Part shown: positions 18,993-28,002 of the stretch, one piece after another | Position numbering within the stretch: position 1 is the stretch's first letter | Layout: the number at the start of each line of letters is the position of its first letter | Origin: an uncultured virus (IMG/VR IMGVR_UViG_3300044296_000314) | Lineage: Duplodnaviria; Heunggongvirae; Uroviricota; Caudoviricetes | Direction: 5' to 3' (one strand) | IMG/VR virus record: IMGVR_UViG_3300044296_000314 | Length of the DNA stretch: 64,000 nt | The notes under the pieces: model-generated | Seen by the model: only the letters and a program-made list of their open reading frames with translations | What the model was told of the DNA's origin: nothing | The model's database searches: none | Made by a program: the position numbers and the translations under genes

Positions 18993-20063
18993 TCAGCTCA
19001 TGGGCGTTGCGTCGCCTTGCGCCGAACTCCTGCCGGACTCTCGCCGATCGAGCCATCGCGAAGCAGCAATCACCCAATCCGTGTTCTGCATGGCGTAGTA
19101 GGCCAAGGCTTTGCGAGCTTTGTCAAAATCCTTCGACCGATACGCAGCGTAGGCCAGCGCCAACGGGGCGGCCACCGTTTGCAAAAAGCTGTTCTTGAAG
19201 AAACCGACATTGCTGATGGCTGCGGCCAAAAGTCGTTCATCTTCCACGAGTTCCAAGAACGTGGTCAATTCCCCGTCAAACGAATCCACGCAGTCTACCA
19301 GCGGCTGGGCCACGCCACTATAGCCAACAGACCGGACGTCGATTTGCTGCTTGGACCACACATCACGGTAGGCATGCCAGTTGTTGCTTACCTGACAGTA
19401 CCATCCCAGTTCCAGTCCGACTTGCGCCGCGATGTACTCCTGCAGCATACTCATGTGGACGACGTTGGCGCCGTAGCAGCCCCAAACAATGTCGTTGGAG
19501 CGGTTGGTGACTGTCATGTTCAACTTGCCGAGACGCGCATCCAGGTAGAGAGCCGTATTGCACGGCAAGTCTTTTGGCACAGAGCCGCGCACTGCAATTT
19601 CCTCTGGCGACCAAAAGTCAGCGCGAGGATCCCACATTTGGATCACAACGCGTCGCGACTTTGGGTCCGCCCGCAAGCACTGGATGGCCTTGTTGATCTG
19701 GTCAGTTCCATCCTCGTTGTCTTCCATGTCGAAGTGGTGGCGCCAACGGTATCCGTATGCGCCGTGGAAGATCAGACCGTCATCGCTGAAGCTCTGCATC
19801 CGCTTATTAAAGCGAGACACAAAGGCGACGTCATTGCGTCCGGCAATCATCCACAAGGCCTCCATCAAATGGAAGAACGGATTGGCATCCCGCACCGGAT
19901 CAGTCAGCACTCGCAGCATAGGATTGGCATAGTGAGTAGTGACGGGTTCCGGGTGCATCACCACCTCTCCGGCGCGAGAGGAGCAAATTTCTCCCTCAGC
20001 GGACAGCAGCAGCTTAGCTTGTTGCCAAGCATCATCAATGGACAGGGCACGTATTACTTTCAT
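18993..20063 (-). CDS. thymidylate-synthase-fold dUMP hydroxymethylase (putative)
   Basis: ANPFFHLMEALWM, GAYGYRWR, DLPCN (catalytic Cys), RSND, GAN (Asn at the uracil-specificity position); adjacent to hmdU-kinase genes. Confidence 0.85.
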   Translation of the reverse strand: MKVIRALSIDDAWQQAKLLLSAEGEICSSRAGEVVMHPEPVTTHYANPMLRVLTDPVRDANPFFHLMEALWMIAGRNDVAFVSRFNKRMQSFSDDGLIFHGAYGYRWRHHFDMEDNEDGTDQINKAIQCLRADPKSRRVVIQMWDPRADFWSPEEIAVRGSVPKDLPCNTALYLDARLGKLNMTVTNRSNDIVWGCYGANVVHMSMLQEYIAAQVGLELGWYCQVSNNWHAYRDVWSKQQIDVRSVGYSGVAQPLVDCVDSFDGELTTFLELVEDERLLAAAISNVGFFKNSFLQTVAAPLALAYAAYRSKDFDKARKALAYYAMQNTDWVIAASRWLDRRESGRSSAQGDATPMS

Positions 20064-20070
20064 ATGGTTC

Positions 20071-20280
20071 CTAGCTTACCTTCTTAGACTGGCGAAGTAA
20101 ATCAGATTGTGTTGATAAAGTTACCTCCGGAAGCTGTCCCTCTGCAGGGGCCGTCGACAAGGGCACCTCTACTGAGAAAGGTCGTGGCTTTTTGTTTCTC
20201 AGAGCTTTCAATGCTTTGGCTTTGCGCCGTTTATCGCGACCTTTCATTGCTTTCCTTTCCATGTTCGGTACCGCTTCCAC
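20071..20280 (-). CDS. small basic hypothetical protein
   Basis: ORF tiling; start uncertain. Confidence 0.4.
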   Translation of the reverse strand: MEAVPNMERKAMKGRDKRRKAKALKALRNKKPRPFSVEVPLSTAPAEGQLPEVTLSTQSDLLRQSKKVS

Positions 20281-20450
20281 TTCTCTGTTAAGAAGCAGAC
20301 GAGATTGCCGAACAAATCAGCCGACCATAGACGCAACAGTTGCGACAAGGCCATAAGGGCCGATAGCAGGACGAGTAGACCCATAAGGGCCATTCCCAAC
20401 CCCAATAGTACCAAAATTATACACAAAACTTCTCGTACTACTTGCGTCAT
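20244..20450 (-). CDS. small membrane protein
   Basis: Long hydrophobic stretch from MTQVVREVL; starts right after the upstream stop. Confidence 0.45.
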   Translation of the reverse strand: MTQVVREVLCIILVLLGLGMALMGLLVLLSALMALSQLLRLWSADLFGNLVCFLTEKWKRYRTWKGKQ

Positions 20451-20451
20451 T

Positions 20452-21453
20452 TTAACCCTCATCTTCCCGGTCGCTGCTTCTGGTGCTGTACGGCTGGAAC
20501 GTGGCTCGAGGCCTGCCTTCTCCGAGCTTGACGCGCAGATACTTGTCCGTTTCGCACAAAGAATGTTCAATATCTCGCATCTCCAACTGAGCTTTGAGTT
20601 CCCATTTGTTGGTGCGCCCGTTTCCGCCACTCGATCCGGTGGTATCAAAGTTCACTGCATCCGGTCGCACCCAATTGGGAAGGTTCTTCCGAGACTCAGA
20701 CAGCAAGTATTGCATCTCCTCAATAGCCTGCTCTCGCCGCAGATCTTTCTTCACAGGCCTCCCAAATAGCCTGTTTAAGCCGCGCTTCGCCCCCGGCCCA
20801 GGGTTAGCCCATGTCATGATGTCGGGAGCATTGCAGAGGTATCGCGTATGGCGCAGATCGGTGGCCACCTCATAGGCCAGAAAGCCGCCCCAGCCGTGAA
20901 AGTTTTCCAACCACTCAGTAACCTTCTGGATGGAGGAAAACGGCTCACCTTGCTCCGGCATGCCGTGGTATTCTCCTTGACCCACCTTCCACACCGGATC
21001 CAACACTTTGAAGCATGTGTAGGAAGGTTTGTCATTCAGCGTACCGTCATTCTTCTGAATGTCGCCGCGCAGCATATACGCGCCCGTGTATACTTTCTTG
21101 CCGTGCTGGGCACGGTACCGCATGCTGACGCAAGCCCTGGCAGGATCCCAGCGATCAGGCAGACCGGACTCCACCAGGGTTTCCGCTAGGGTGGGTGGCC
21201 AGTTGATTTGACGGGCCAGACACATCAGGAACCAGAGGTTGGGATGGTCAGCATATGGCTTGCGCATATGCTCGTTGATCCAGCGCGTGACCCGGTCGTT
21301 TTCCCGGAACACGTTACAGAAAGCGTAGGTGCGCAGGATCTCGTCTTTGGTCCAATACTCACGAGGAGCGCCGGCAAGACGCTTGAGGTAGATGCTCTGG
21401 CGCTCTGATATCCAGTACCAAAACGGATCAAAATTGGAGGATGGGAGGCTCAT
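20452..21453 (-). CDS. 5-hmdU DNA kinase helical-domain protein (aG/T-pyrophosphorylase clade 1)
   Basis: FWYWISERQSIY..WTKDEILRTYAFCNVFRENDR, GFLAYEVATDL, GPGAKRGL, DIEHSLCETDKY. Confidence 0.85.
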   Translation of the reverse strand: MSLPSSNFDPFWYWISERQSIYLKRLAGAPREYWTKDEILRTYAFCNVFRENDRVTRWINEHMRKPYADHPNLWFLMCLARQINWPPTLAETLVESGLPDRWDPARACVSMRYRAQHGKKVYTGAYMLRGDIQKNDGTLNDKPSYTCFKVLDPVWKVGQGEYHGMPEQGEPFSSIQKVTEWLENFHGWGGFLAYEVATDLRHTRYLCNAPDIMTWANPGPGAKRGLNRLFGRPVKKDLRREQAIEEMQYLLSESRKNLPNWVRPDAVNFDTTGSSGGNGRTNKWELKAQLEMRDIEHSLCETDKYLRVKLGEGRPRATFQPYSTRSSDREDEG

Positions 21454-21462
21454 GATAGTCCT

Positions 21463-22206
21463 TTACTCGTTCCAGCAGAAGATGTTGCGATCGAAAAATG
21501 TTTTGCCGAATTCTTCTCCGGTGTCAATCAGTCGGTCGAATTCGGGCGGATAGCTTACGTGAGAGAACATGGCCTGAAGTATACCCAGGCGACGCTTGAG
21601 ATTGAACAGCGACTTGTCCCTGGAGAGGTGGTACTCCATGACCAGCTTATTGACTTTGGGGAGATAACCGTGATCCAGCAGCAAGCCCTCGCTGCCCTCG
21701 ATGTCCATTTTAAGACCATCATACCCTTCCAAGGAGGCAAATTTCTCGCCAAACATATTGTTGACGGTAACTCCGCTGGTGTAGTTGGATGGAATCGTGA
21801 GGGTGCCGCGAGAATGAACGCCTTCTCGTTTGGGAGCAAACAGCGGCAGCGTCTCGTTGGTAAAAGCACTTACGGCTTTCTGCTCCAGAATCCACTCCAT
21901 CTTCTTGATGCGGTCTGCGTTCGACTGGAGAATCTTGAAGCAATCCGGGTCAGGCTCAAAGCACGCCACCAATTCGGCGCCACGAACGTCACAGTAAGTG
22001 AGGAAAGCCCCAACGTTGGCTCCCAGGTCAATCCATTTTTCACCCGGTTCCACATCAAACTTGGACTTGGCGCGTCGATAGGCGCGATTGGTCAGCACCT
22101 CTTTGAACACGTTCTCGTCGCTGGTGCCTGGTCGCACAAATACCTTTCTGGCGGCCATCGTGCCATCCAACTTGGTGTAGTCAAATGACTTGAGTACTGG
22201 CTTCAT
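21463..22206 (-). CDS. FkbM-family SAM-dependent methyltransferase
   Basis: RPGTSD, WIDLGANVGAF, FEPDPD, LKMDIEGSE, VMEYH. Confidence 0.85.
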   Translation of the reverse strand: MKPVLKSFDYTKLDGTMAARKVFVRPGTSDENVFKEVLTNRAYRRAKSKFDVEPGEKWIDLGANVGAFLTYCDVRGAELVACFEPDPDCFKILQSNADRIKKMEWILEQKAVSAFTNETLPLFAPKREGVHSRGTLTIPSNYTSGVTVNNMFGEKFASLEGYDGLKMDIEGSEGLLLDHGYLPKVNKLVMEYHLSRDKSLFNLKRRLGILQAMFSHVSYPPEFDRLIDTGEEFGKTFFDRNIFCWNE

Positions 22207-22739
22207 TGAGCATCCTTTCGTATCGCTCGCACTCGGCTCATTCTCAAGTGTACTCGAGTGCTTGTCTGAGGTTTGGGCGTATAGCTGGTAAATCCAATCT
22301 TCCTGAAAAATGCAATTGCATCTTTGTTGTGAATATGGACAGAAGTGCGCAGCTCATCTTTGGCGGTTCGCATCCAGGCCCATCTAATCAGCTTTCTGCC
22401 TAATTGACGGCGCTGGCGTTTGGAAGTCACCGCTATGGTAGATATGTAGTCCCAAGAGTCGCTCATGTGTGGGCATAGTACCAGCAACCCCGTCACTACT
22501 TTATCTTCCAGCAAAGCGCACACATACTCTTGCTTGATTAAACGAGTGACGGGGGCGATAGAACGCCAGCCGCTGGTAAATCGAGATTCCAAGGCTATGC
22601 GCGACAGCGCCTCCATCTCAGACATTATCGCTGGCAACAACTCTCGTTTCTCGACTTGGTCGGAAGTTAGTTCCATGGGTTTGCGTCGTCCCCAATCTTG
22701 GAACAGCACCGGGTTGCGTTTCTTGATCGTACGAGGCAT
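22203..22739 (-). CDS. GNAT acetyltransferase
   Basis: YISTIAV..QRRQLGRKLI (acetyl-CoA motif), NKDAIAFFRKIGF. Confidence 0.8.
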   Translation of the reverse strand: MPRTIKKRNPVLFQDWGRRKPMELTSDQVEKRELLPAIMSEMEALSRIALESRFTSGWRSIAPVTRLIKQEYVCALLEDKVVTGLLVLCPHMSDSWDYISTIAVTSKRQRRQLGRKLIRWAWMRTAKDELRTSVHIHNKDAIAFFRKIGFTSYTPKPQTSTRVHLRMSRVRAIRKDAQ

Positions 22740-22757
22740 TACGTGTACTCTTGGAAG

Positions 22758-23390
22758 CTACAGCCAGTCATTAGCAATCAGACGGCGGGTTAGTTCCTCT
22801 CCGTCCATTTCTCTTACATCAAGCTGTCGCTCCAGCAGTTTATCGCGCACCCGCGCCATCAACCGCCATTTATCCCGCGTGTTGGTTTCGTCCAAGGTCT
22901 TGTTGTTGCCTTTGGCTAACCGGCGACTTTTGACCCGTTCTACGCACATCTCTTCTGGGGTGTTGAGGAACACAAACATCATGCGTTCTCTCTCAAGGCT
23001 CAAAGACTCAGCCAAATCGGCCCAACGACCGACAATGGTTGAGATGAGCAGCCCCTCGAACAATACGTGGTAATCTTGCTGGTGCCATCGGCGCACCCGC
23101 GACGTGACCTCATCTTGGGTCTTGATTCCGTCACATCCGCCGCAAGGGGTGAGATACTTACCTACGATCCGAAGCGGAACTTTGTACGGATGAAGGTTAG
23201 AATTCCATTTTCCAATCTGATACCCGATCTGCCCAGCCGCCCCTTCATGGGAAAGATCGCTTACTTGCTCGAACCCGTCCGGGCCTTGAATAACTACATA
23301 CAACTCGCCCAGCTCCTTGTAATGCCGCATCAAATTGAAAACTACAGTGCTCTTGCCGCTGCCGCTGGTGCCGCGAATGTTTATGATCAT
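22758..23390 (-). CDS. P-loop kinase, putative 5-hmdU DNA kinase catalytic subunit
   Basis: IRGTSGSGKST, GKY..CGGCD, VLFEGL, LNTPEEMCVERVKSRR. Confidence 0.8.
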   Translation of the reverse strand: MIINIRGTSGSGKSTVVFNLMRHYKELGELYVVIQGPDGFEQVSDLSHEGAAGQIGYQIGKWNSNLHPYKVPLRIVGKYLTPCGGCDGIKTQDEVTSRVRRWHQQDYHVLFEGLLISTIVGRWADLAESLSLERERMMFVFLNTPEEMCVERVKSRRLAKGNNKTLDETNTRDKWRLMARVRDKLLERQLDVREMDGEELTRRLIANDWL

Positions 23391-23569
23391 CGTCTACTCC
23401 TCAGGTAGTAATGGAATCCCACTAAGCCTGCGAGCAGGGACACGGAGTGGAAGAAACTCAATACCGCTCGCAGGTCAGAGGACATGTCAGCAAAGGCGAT
23501 GATGATCGCCAGCGCCAAAAATAGCAGACCGTATATCTGCAACAACGTTTTCTGCTTGCTAGTTATCAC
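23387..23569 (-). CDS. small two-TM membrane protein
   Basis: Two hydrophobic segments; overlaps both neighbours. Confidence 0.55.
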   Translation of the reverse strand: MITSKQKTLLQIYGLLFLALAIIIAFADMSSDLRAVLSFFHSVSLLAGLVGFHYYLRSRR

Positions 23570-23906
23570 GTCGAACTCCTTTGGCGCAAACAGGGCAGGT
23601 AATGGAGGTGCCGGCGATCAAACCACAGGCAGAGCACTCTTTACAAACCGGACAGGATTCCACCCCACGGTACTGTTTCCGACAGCCAGGACAGTTGATC
23701 ACATAGATACTGTCCAAGTATCCGATGATGGCGTCAAGCTTGTATTCCACCACCTTTAAGTTGCGGTTCATCCAGGCCTTCACGTTTGGACCTGTGGGCG
23801 AAGAACCTGGATGAAGTCGAATGTACTCTTCGTGGAGTAGCGACACGATGAGATGGCTGATTGCCCGGCTGGGCAGCATCTGGTGTATTTGCGTAGGAGC
23901 GCTCAT
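23559..23906 (-). CDS. hypothetical protein with C-terminal multi-CxxC zinc ribbon
   Basis: CPGC, CPVC, CSAC, CPVC. Confidence 0.55.
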   Translation of the reverse strand: MSAPTQIHQMLPSRAISHLIVSLLHEEYIRLHPGSSPTGPNVKAWMNRNLKVVEYKLDAIIGYLDSIYVINCPGCRKQYRGVESCPVCKECSACGLIAGTSITCPVCAKGVRRDN

Positions 23907-24263
23907 TTAGGCCTTTCCAGAGGGAACCACAACGCCTGGAGGCGCGTCTTGGTCGTTGGTAGAGGTAGAGCTGGCGATGCGAGGATCATCAGCGTCCACA
24001 AAGACTATGGAATTGGTACCGCTCATGACGGTCGATTCGGTGGCGATGAGTCGAGCAGGTTTGACCACATACATCGTGCAACCCATGATCGTACCAAGAA
24101 CGCGAGTCTCTCGCACTACCAAATTCTGGTTTACACAATGAAGCGGTATCTCCGCATATGCCCCACGCACACCCCGTTTACGGGCGCGTACTACCTCAAA
24201 CCCCAAAAACGAGGTAGTCAACGTCAGAATAAGGAACAGTACCAATGTTGCCGGGTAGCTCAT
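23907..24263 (-). CDS. membrane-anchored hypothetical protein
   Basis: Likely start MSYPATLVLFLIL overlaps the upstream stop. Confidence 0.5.
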   Translation of the reverse strand: MSYPATLVLFLILTLTTSFLGFEVVRARKRGVRGAYAEIPLHCVNQNLVVRETRVLGTIMGCTMYVVKPARLIATESTVMSGTNSIVFVDADDPRIASSTSTNDQDAPPGVVVPSGKA

Positions 24264-25081
24264 GCTAGCGACCTGCTCAAATTGTTGGCGTAAACGCCTG
24301 CCAGAGCCATCCCAGACTTGCCGCCACCCGTAGCCACCCAAAGGTTGGGAGAAATGCGCCGCAGGCCGTTATTGAGGTAAGGGCGCAATCCCCGCTGAAT
24401 GTCCAGGCTCTTGTACTTGAAATCGACGTGCTTCATCACACGGTCTTTGATCATGACCTCTCGAGCTTCACTCCAATTGGTCGGTATGATGGCGCTGCCG
24501 TCGCCCATCCACACGCGACCCGGCCCGTGTGCTGTGCGCACTATCTGCTTGTACGGCAGATAGCTGATGATGCGATTCTCTGGTGGATTCTGCTTGGGCA
24601 CGCCGCTGAACGTGAAGCTCATGCCCTTTTTGGCCGACAGCTCAGCTTTGATTTCCGGCACTAGCTCACCAGACCACACGCCAGAAGCAACGATGATGGT
24701 ACCATGTACCCGATGGCTCTCCCCGTCGCACGTCAAATTCTCATAGTCCAGGAAGCCATCACCTACTTGAGTAACTTTTGCCGGCAGCACTTCTCCGGAT
24801 TGGAGCACCTTGTCTACGTCGACCCGCAGAAGGTCAACGTGCACCAGACCGTAGACACAGCGTAGGGTTTCCAGTGCGTACAGTTCGTCCAACGTGCGAA
24901 AGGATTCCTCCATGACCTTCTTGTCCAGAAAGCTGAGCCAGCTGGGCTTGAGGTGACCGCCGGATGGTTTGGACCCGGACTGTGCAAAGCGCGCATCAAA
25001 CACCTGCACTTTGTGACCGTCTCGCCGAAGTTTGGCCGCTATGACTTGTCCAAAGATGCCAGCTCCTACTATGTGTACCAC
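24260..25081 (-). CDS. FAD-dependent oxidoreductase (glycine-oxidase/DAO-like)
   Basis: GTG start after AAGGAG; HIVGAGIFG Rossmann motif, IIVASGVWS, GLRPY, ATGGGKSG. Confidence 0.85.
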   Translation of the reverse strand: MVHIVGAGIFGQVIAAKLRRDGHKVQVFDARFAQSGSKPSGGHLKPSWLSFLDKKVMEESFRTLDELYALETLRCVYGLVHVDLLRVDVDKVLQSGEVLPAKVTQVGDGFLDYENLTCDGESHRVHGTIIVASGVWSGELVPEIKAELSAKKGMSFTFSGVPKQNPPENRIISYLPYKQIVRTAHGPGRVWMGDGSAIIPTNWSEAREVMIKDRVMKHVDFKYKSLDIQRGLRPYLNNGLRRISPNLWVATGGGKSGMALAGVYANNLSRSLA

Positions 25082-25195
25082 GGAATTTCTCCTTGTTGTG
25101 TTTTCTACGCGGCTGCCGCACAACCCTGGTGTAGCTGGTGGCAGCCGCATAAGTAATGTCTAGCCAGCGGTGATTGTTTTGGATCGGGATAACAA

Positions 25196-25591
25196 TCAAC
25201 CCACTATATAACGATGCCTGTGCGGCACCAGTATGCGCCAATTGTACCAGGGGAGGCGTGAGCGCGGCTGCCAGTTCGAGCTGGGAGCACAAGACGCCGC
25301 AGATTCAATCACCTCTGGTGATTCAATGGGCGTCCTTACGGCAATGAAGGCTGAATCAGCTTCCTGCCGAAACCTGTCTGCTCGTAAGTAAGACGGATGG
25401 TCTTCGCAAAACTCTGGGATGCGCACCCATGACTTGCCGGATTGGAGATTTATTCCGACAGCCATTACGGTGCCTTGCAACTCATAAACAATAAGACGCA
25501 GAGGAGTTGTTTCCGCAGCCGTTGTCACCACAATACCGCAAACGGTCACTTCTACGGGCGGTTCTAGCACAGCATCGAGTATTACAGGCAT
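25196..25591 (-). CDS. hypothetical protein
   Basis: ORF tiling in the modification operon. Confidence 0.5.
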   Translation of the reverse strand: MPVILDAVLEPPVEVTVCGIVVTTAAETTPLRLIVYELQGTVMAVGINLQSGKSWVRIPEFCEDHPSYLRADRFRQEADSAFIAVRTPIESPEVIESAASCAPSSNWQPRSRLPWYNWRILVPHRHRYIVG

Positions 25592-26403
25592 GTTGCTCCG
25601 CTGCTGGGAAGATAACTAACCATGCGTTGTGCCAATTCTCCCCAGCCGCAAAGCCCATTCCGAATTTCGTGGGTGTCGTGCCCCACTTCGTAGTGGCCCT
25701 TTACATGGGATTTCCACTTGCACAGCACGGTCTCGTACTCGAAGATGTTCAATTTTCTCTGCTTTTGTGGAGGAGCCAGGCGATCTCCCAGGTGCTCAGC
25801 TAGGTGGCCCAACGCCTTGTCTAACTGTTGCCGTTGGTTGAGTATGGGCTCCGAAGGCAAGTTACGTTCGCACCACATCTGTGCGCCTTTGACTGGTTCA
25901 GCGTAAACGGACAGATTGGCGCCAGTCAGGTCTAGCTCCAAGCCTAACACTGCTTGAGCCATGTCGCACACTTTGAACGAGATCCAAGGTCCAAATTGCA
26001 CCCAGGTTTGGATGGCGGCGTTGAGTTCTGAGAACGAACGATACTGGCGCAAGTACGGCAGCAATCGGATTGGGTCCGCGAACCTCTGGTGTAGATCCGA
26101 TACACCATCTATGGCGTTTTGGGCTCTGAAGTGGCGACGTTCCGCTGAGCGCGGCCACTGGTTGGGACTGTTTTTAGCAGCAATTCGCATATGTTCCCAA
26201 AACTCTGGGGCCTTCATTTCGGAAAGTTTGCATGCTACTCCGCAATGGTAGAAACACCAGTAAGCGAGCAGCCAACGTGACAGCTGAGGCTCCGACAACT
26301 GCGCCTTGTGGAGCATGATGTAGACCGGATCGAGGTCTTCGGTGGCCAGTAACTGACGTCCAAATTCTTCGATCTCCAGCCGCTGGTACGATTGGCTGCT
26401 CAT
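25582..26403 (-). CDS. amino acid:DNA transferase (aG/T-pyrophosphorylase clade 2)
   Basis: DLDPVY, RWLLAYWCFYH, WPRSAERRHFR, FGPWISFKVCDM, ETVLCKWKSH. Confidence 0.85.
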   Translation of the reverse strand: MSSQSYQRLEIEEFGRQLLATEDLDPVYIMLHKAQLSEPQLSRWLLAYWCFYHCGVACKLSEMKAPEFWEHMRIAAKNSPNQWPRSAERRHFRAQNAIDGVSDLHQRFADPIRLLPYLRQYRSFSELNAAIQTWVQFGPWISFKVCDMAQAVLGLELDLTGANLSVYAEPVKGAQMWCERNLPSEPILNQRQQLDKALGHLAEHLGDRLAPPQKQRKLNIFEYETVLCKWKSHVKGHYEVGHDTHEIRNGLCGWGELAQRMVSYLPSSGATCL

Positions 26404-26409
26404 AGAAAA

Positions 26410-26438
26410 AGTTTACTCTCACTGAGTGGCGAAGTAAA
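26410..26438 (-). promoter_or_regulatory. promoter TTTACT-N17-TAAACT, 6 nt upstream of the transferase ATG
   Basis: Direct reading; heads the base-modification operon. Confidence 0.6.
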
Positions 26439-26457
26439 TGCGCAGATGTTGATTATC

Positions 26458-27192
26458 TTACTCAGACAGCGCTTGGTCCAGTTCCATGGAGACCTTGATG
26501 AGGCAACTAGCCTGTTTCAACCCCAATATGAATCCGTGGGCGAACTCCGGTGTCGGAGCATGAGCGGTGGAATTCTCCGCCCAATTAAGTTCAGTTTCGA
26601 TCATACGGTGGCACATGGCAGGAGTCGTGGTGTTTTCTCCATAAGCCACACGGGCTTCCACAGCAAAAGCGCGGTCAATGCTGTCGGCGGGAAACTCACC
26701 CAATCGCAACCGCAAAAAGGGAAGACGGTAGTTGATGGGTTTCTGGGCTTCGAGAATGGGTTTGATGTCTGCCGGCGAATAGGTTGGGGGCTTCAACACT
26801 TTGCCAGTTTCCGAACGCTGGATGCGCGGCCCTTCTTTCCACTCCTTGCTCATGTTGCTGCGCTGAATTTCCTCGAAGACAGGTCCGATGTCAATGCCGC
26901 ACGCTACGGCAGTGCCGTACACCACGTACAACAAATCTCCGATGGCATCAGCGATCTCGGTCAGGTCCGGGTTTCCTGTGCATGCCGTGATCTGCTCCCC
27001 AGGGGTGACCCGGAAAGCCTCAGACAGTTCGCGAAGCTCTTCCTGAATCAGCTCCAGGCGCAGGCGCATGGTGGTGTCAGAGGGCACGGTAGGCAGACTT
27101 GGCGTGTCCTGCTCAAAGAGCTGCATAAAAGCGGCCACTTGGGCCTGTTGGCGAATCATGTGTATTTCTCCTATTAATTCAACTTTATCCAC
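26458..27192 (-). CDS. MazG-like/PRA-PH all-alpha NTP pyrophosphohydrolase with C-terminal extension
   Basis: LIQEELREL, EIADAIGDLLYVVYG, EEIQRSNMSK, GKVLKP; start may be 27159. Confidence 0.85.
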   Translation of the reverse strand: MDKVELIGEIHMIRQQAQVAAFMQLFEQDTPSLPTVPSDTTMRLRLELIQEELRELSEAFRVTPGEQITACTGNPDLTEIADAIGDLLYVVYGTAVACGIDIGPVFEEIQRSNMSKEWKEGPRIQRSETGKVLKPPTYSPADIKPILEAQKPINYRLPFLRLRLGEFPADSIDRAFAVEARVAYGENTTTPAMCHRMIETELNWAENSTAHAPTPEFAHGFILGLKQASCLIKVSMELDQALSE

Positions 27193-27252
27193 TTATTCGA
27201 CCCATACAGCGGTCTGACGCCTGGGAGAGCGTTTCCCTGATCCGGCGATCTC

Positions 27253-27588
27253 TCATGCTTCTCTCCCATGATGTTTTAACCACTCCTTGAAGCTTAATCC
27301 GCTGTCGAGTTGTAGAAACTGCCTCCAGCGTTGTTGACCGCGTGTGAGCTTCGGCGGATTCGGGCTGAACTCGCGCACGGCGGATTTACCAGCGTCCGTG
27401 ATGGAAATGTTGTATCCGTGGTATATGGTGTTGCGTTTGTGTTCGACGGCGTAACCCATGGCCACTAACTCCCGGCACGCTGGTTCATCGTCGGCACCGG
27501 CGCTGAAGTAGTTGCGGTATGAAGCTCCGCGCCCATACTGGTCTAAGCCAAGCGCATGCTGCATGATTTCGAGCAGACGCTTATCCAT
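27253..27588 (-). CDS. hypothetical phage protein
   Basis: MQHALGLD..YRNYF pattern seen in phage hypotheticals. Confidence 0.6.
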   Translation of the reverse strand: MDKRLLEIMQHALGLDQYGRGASYRNYFSAGADDEPACRELVAMGYAVEHKRNTIYHGYNISITDAGKSAVREFSPNPPKLTRGQQRWRQFLQLDSGLSFKEWLKHHGREA

Positions 27589-27889
27589 TCGCCTTCGCCT
27601 CCTCGGCTGCGGCCATGGATTCAAGATCATGGGCGATGCGATTGGAGATCACGATCGGCCAGCGTCGAGGATCATTAACAACTCGTTCCGCTGCCTCCCT
27701 GAACGCCTCTGCCCTGATCGCCGACCTGTCTGCCTCAGCGCGGTCGAGGCGAGCACGGATGGCAGGGTAGGAGCGCAAGAACTCCGTCCGGCGACGTACT
27801 GAGTCTTTGATCTTCACGGGCTCAGACGCGTGCAGCCGATCCAACTCTGCCAGCGCGGTGTCGGTGATGGGGGCGGGGTTATTTGGCAT
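27581..27889 (-). CDS. hypothetical protein
   Basis: GGAGG RBS before MPNNPAP. Confidence 0.55.
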   Translation of the reverse strand: MPNNPAPITDTALAELDRLHASEPVKIKDSVRRRTEFLRSYPAIRARLDRAEADRSAIRAEAFREAAERVVNDPRRWPIVISNRIAHDLESMAAAEEAKANG

Positions 27890-28002
27890 GGGTGGCCTCC
27901 TTGCTGTCGATGTGAACATGTACTCCGCAACCGTGGGCAGACATAAACGCGAAAAGCAAAAGCGCTATTACCACGAGTACTACTTTGTCTTCGTAGTCGA
28001 TA

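Noticed and set aside
19017..20087. 356-aa plus-strand ORF (similarly 5420-6871 +, 38765-39883 -, 49597-50649 -, 53900-55159 -)
   Set aside because: Antisense shadows of well-supported genes, with no motifs of their own
18026..27192. HD hydrolase plus MazG-like gene as DatZ/MazZ of a 2-aminoadenine (Z) genome
   Set aside because: No PurZ/adenylosuccinate-synthetase homologue in the window; the neighbours point to hmdU chemistry
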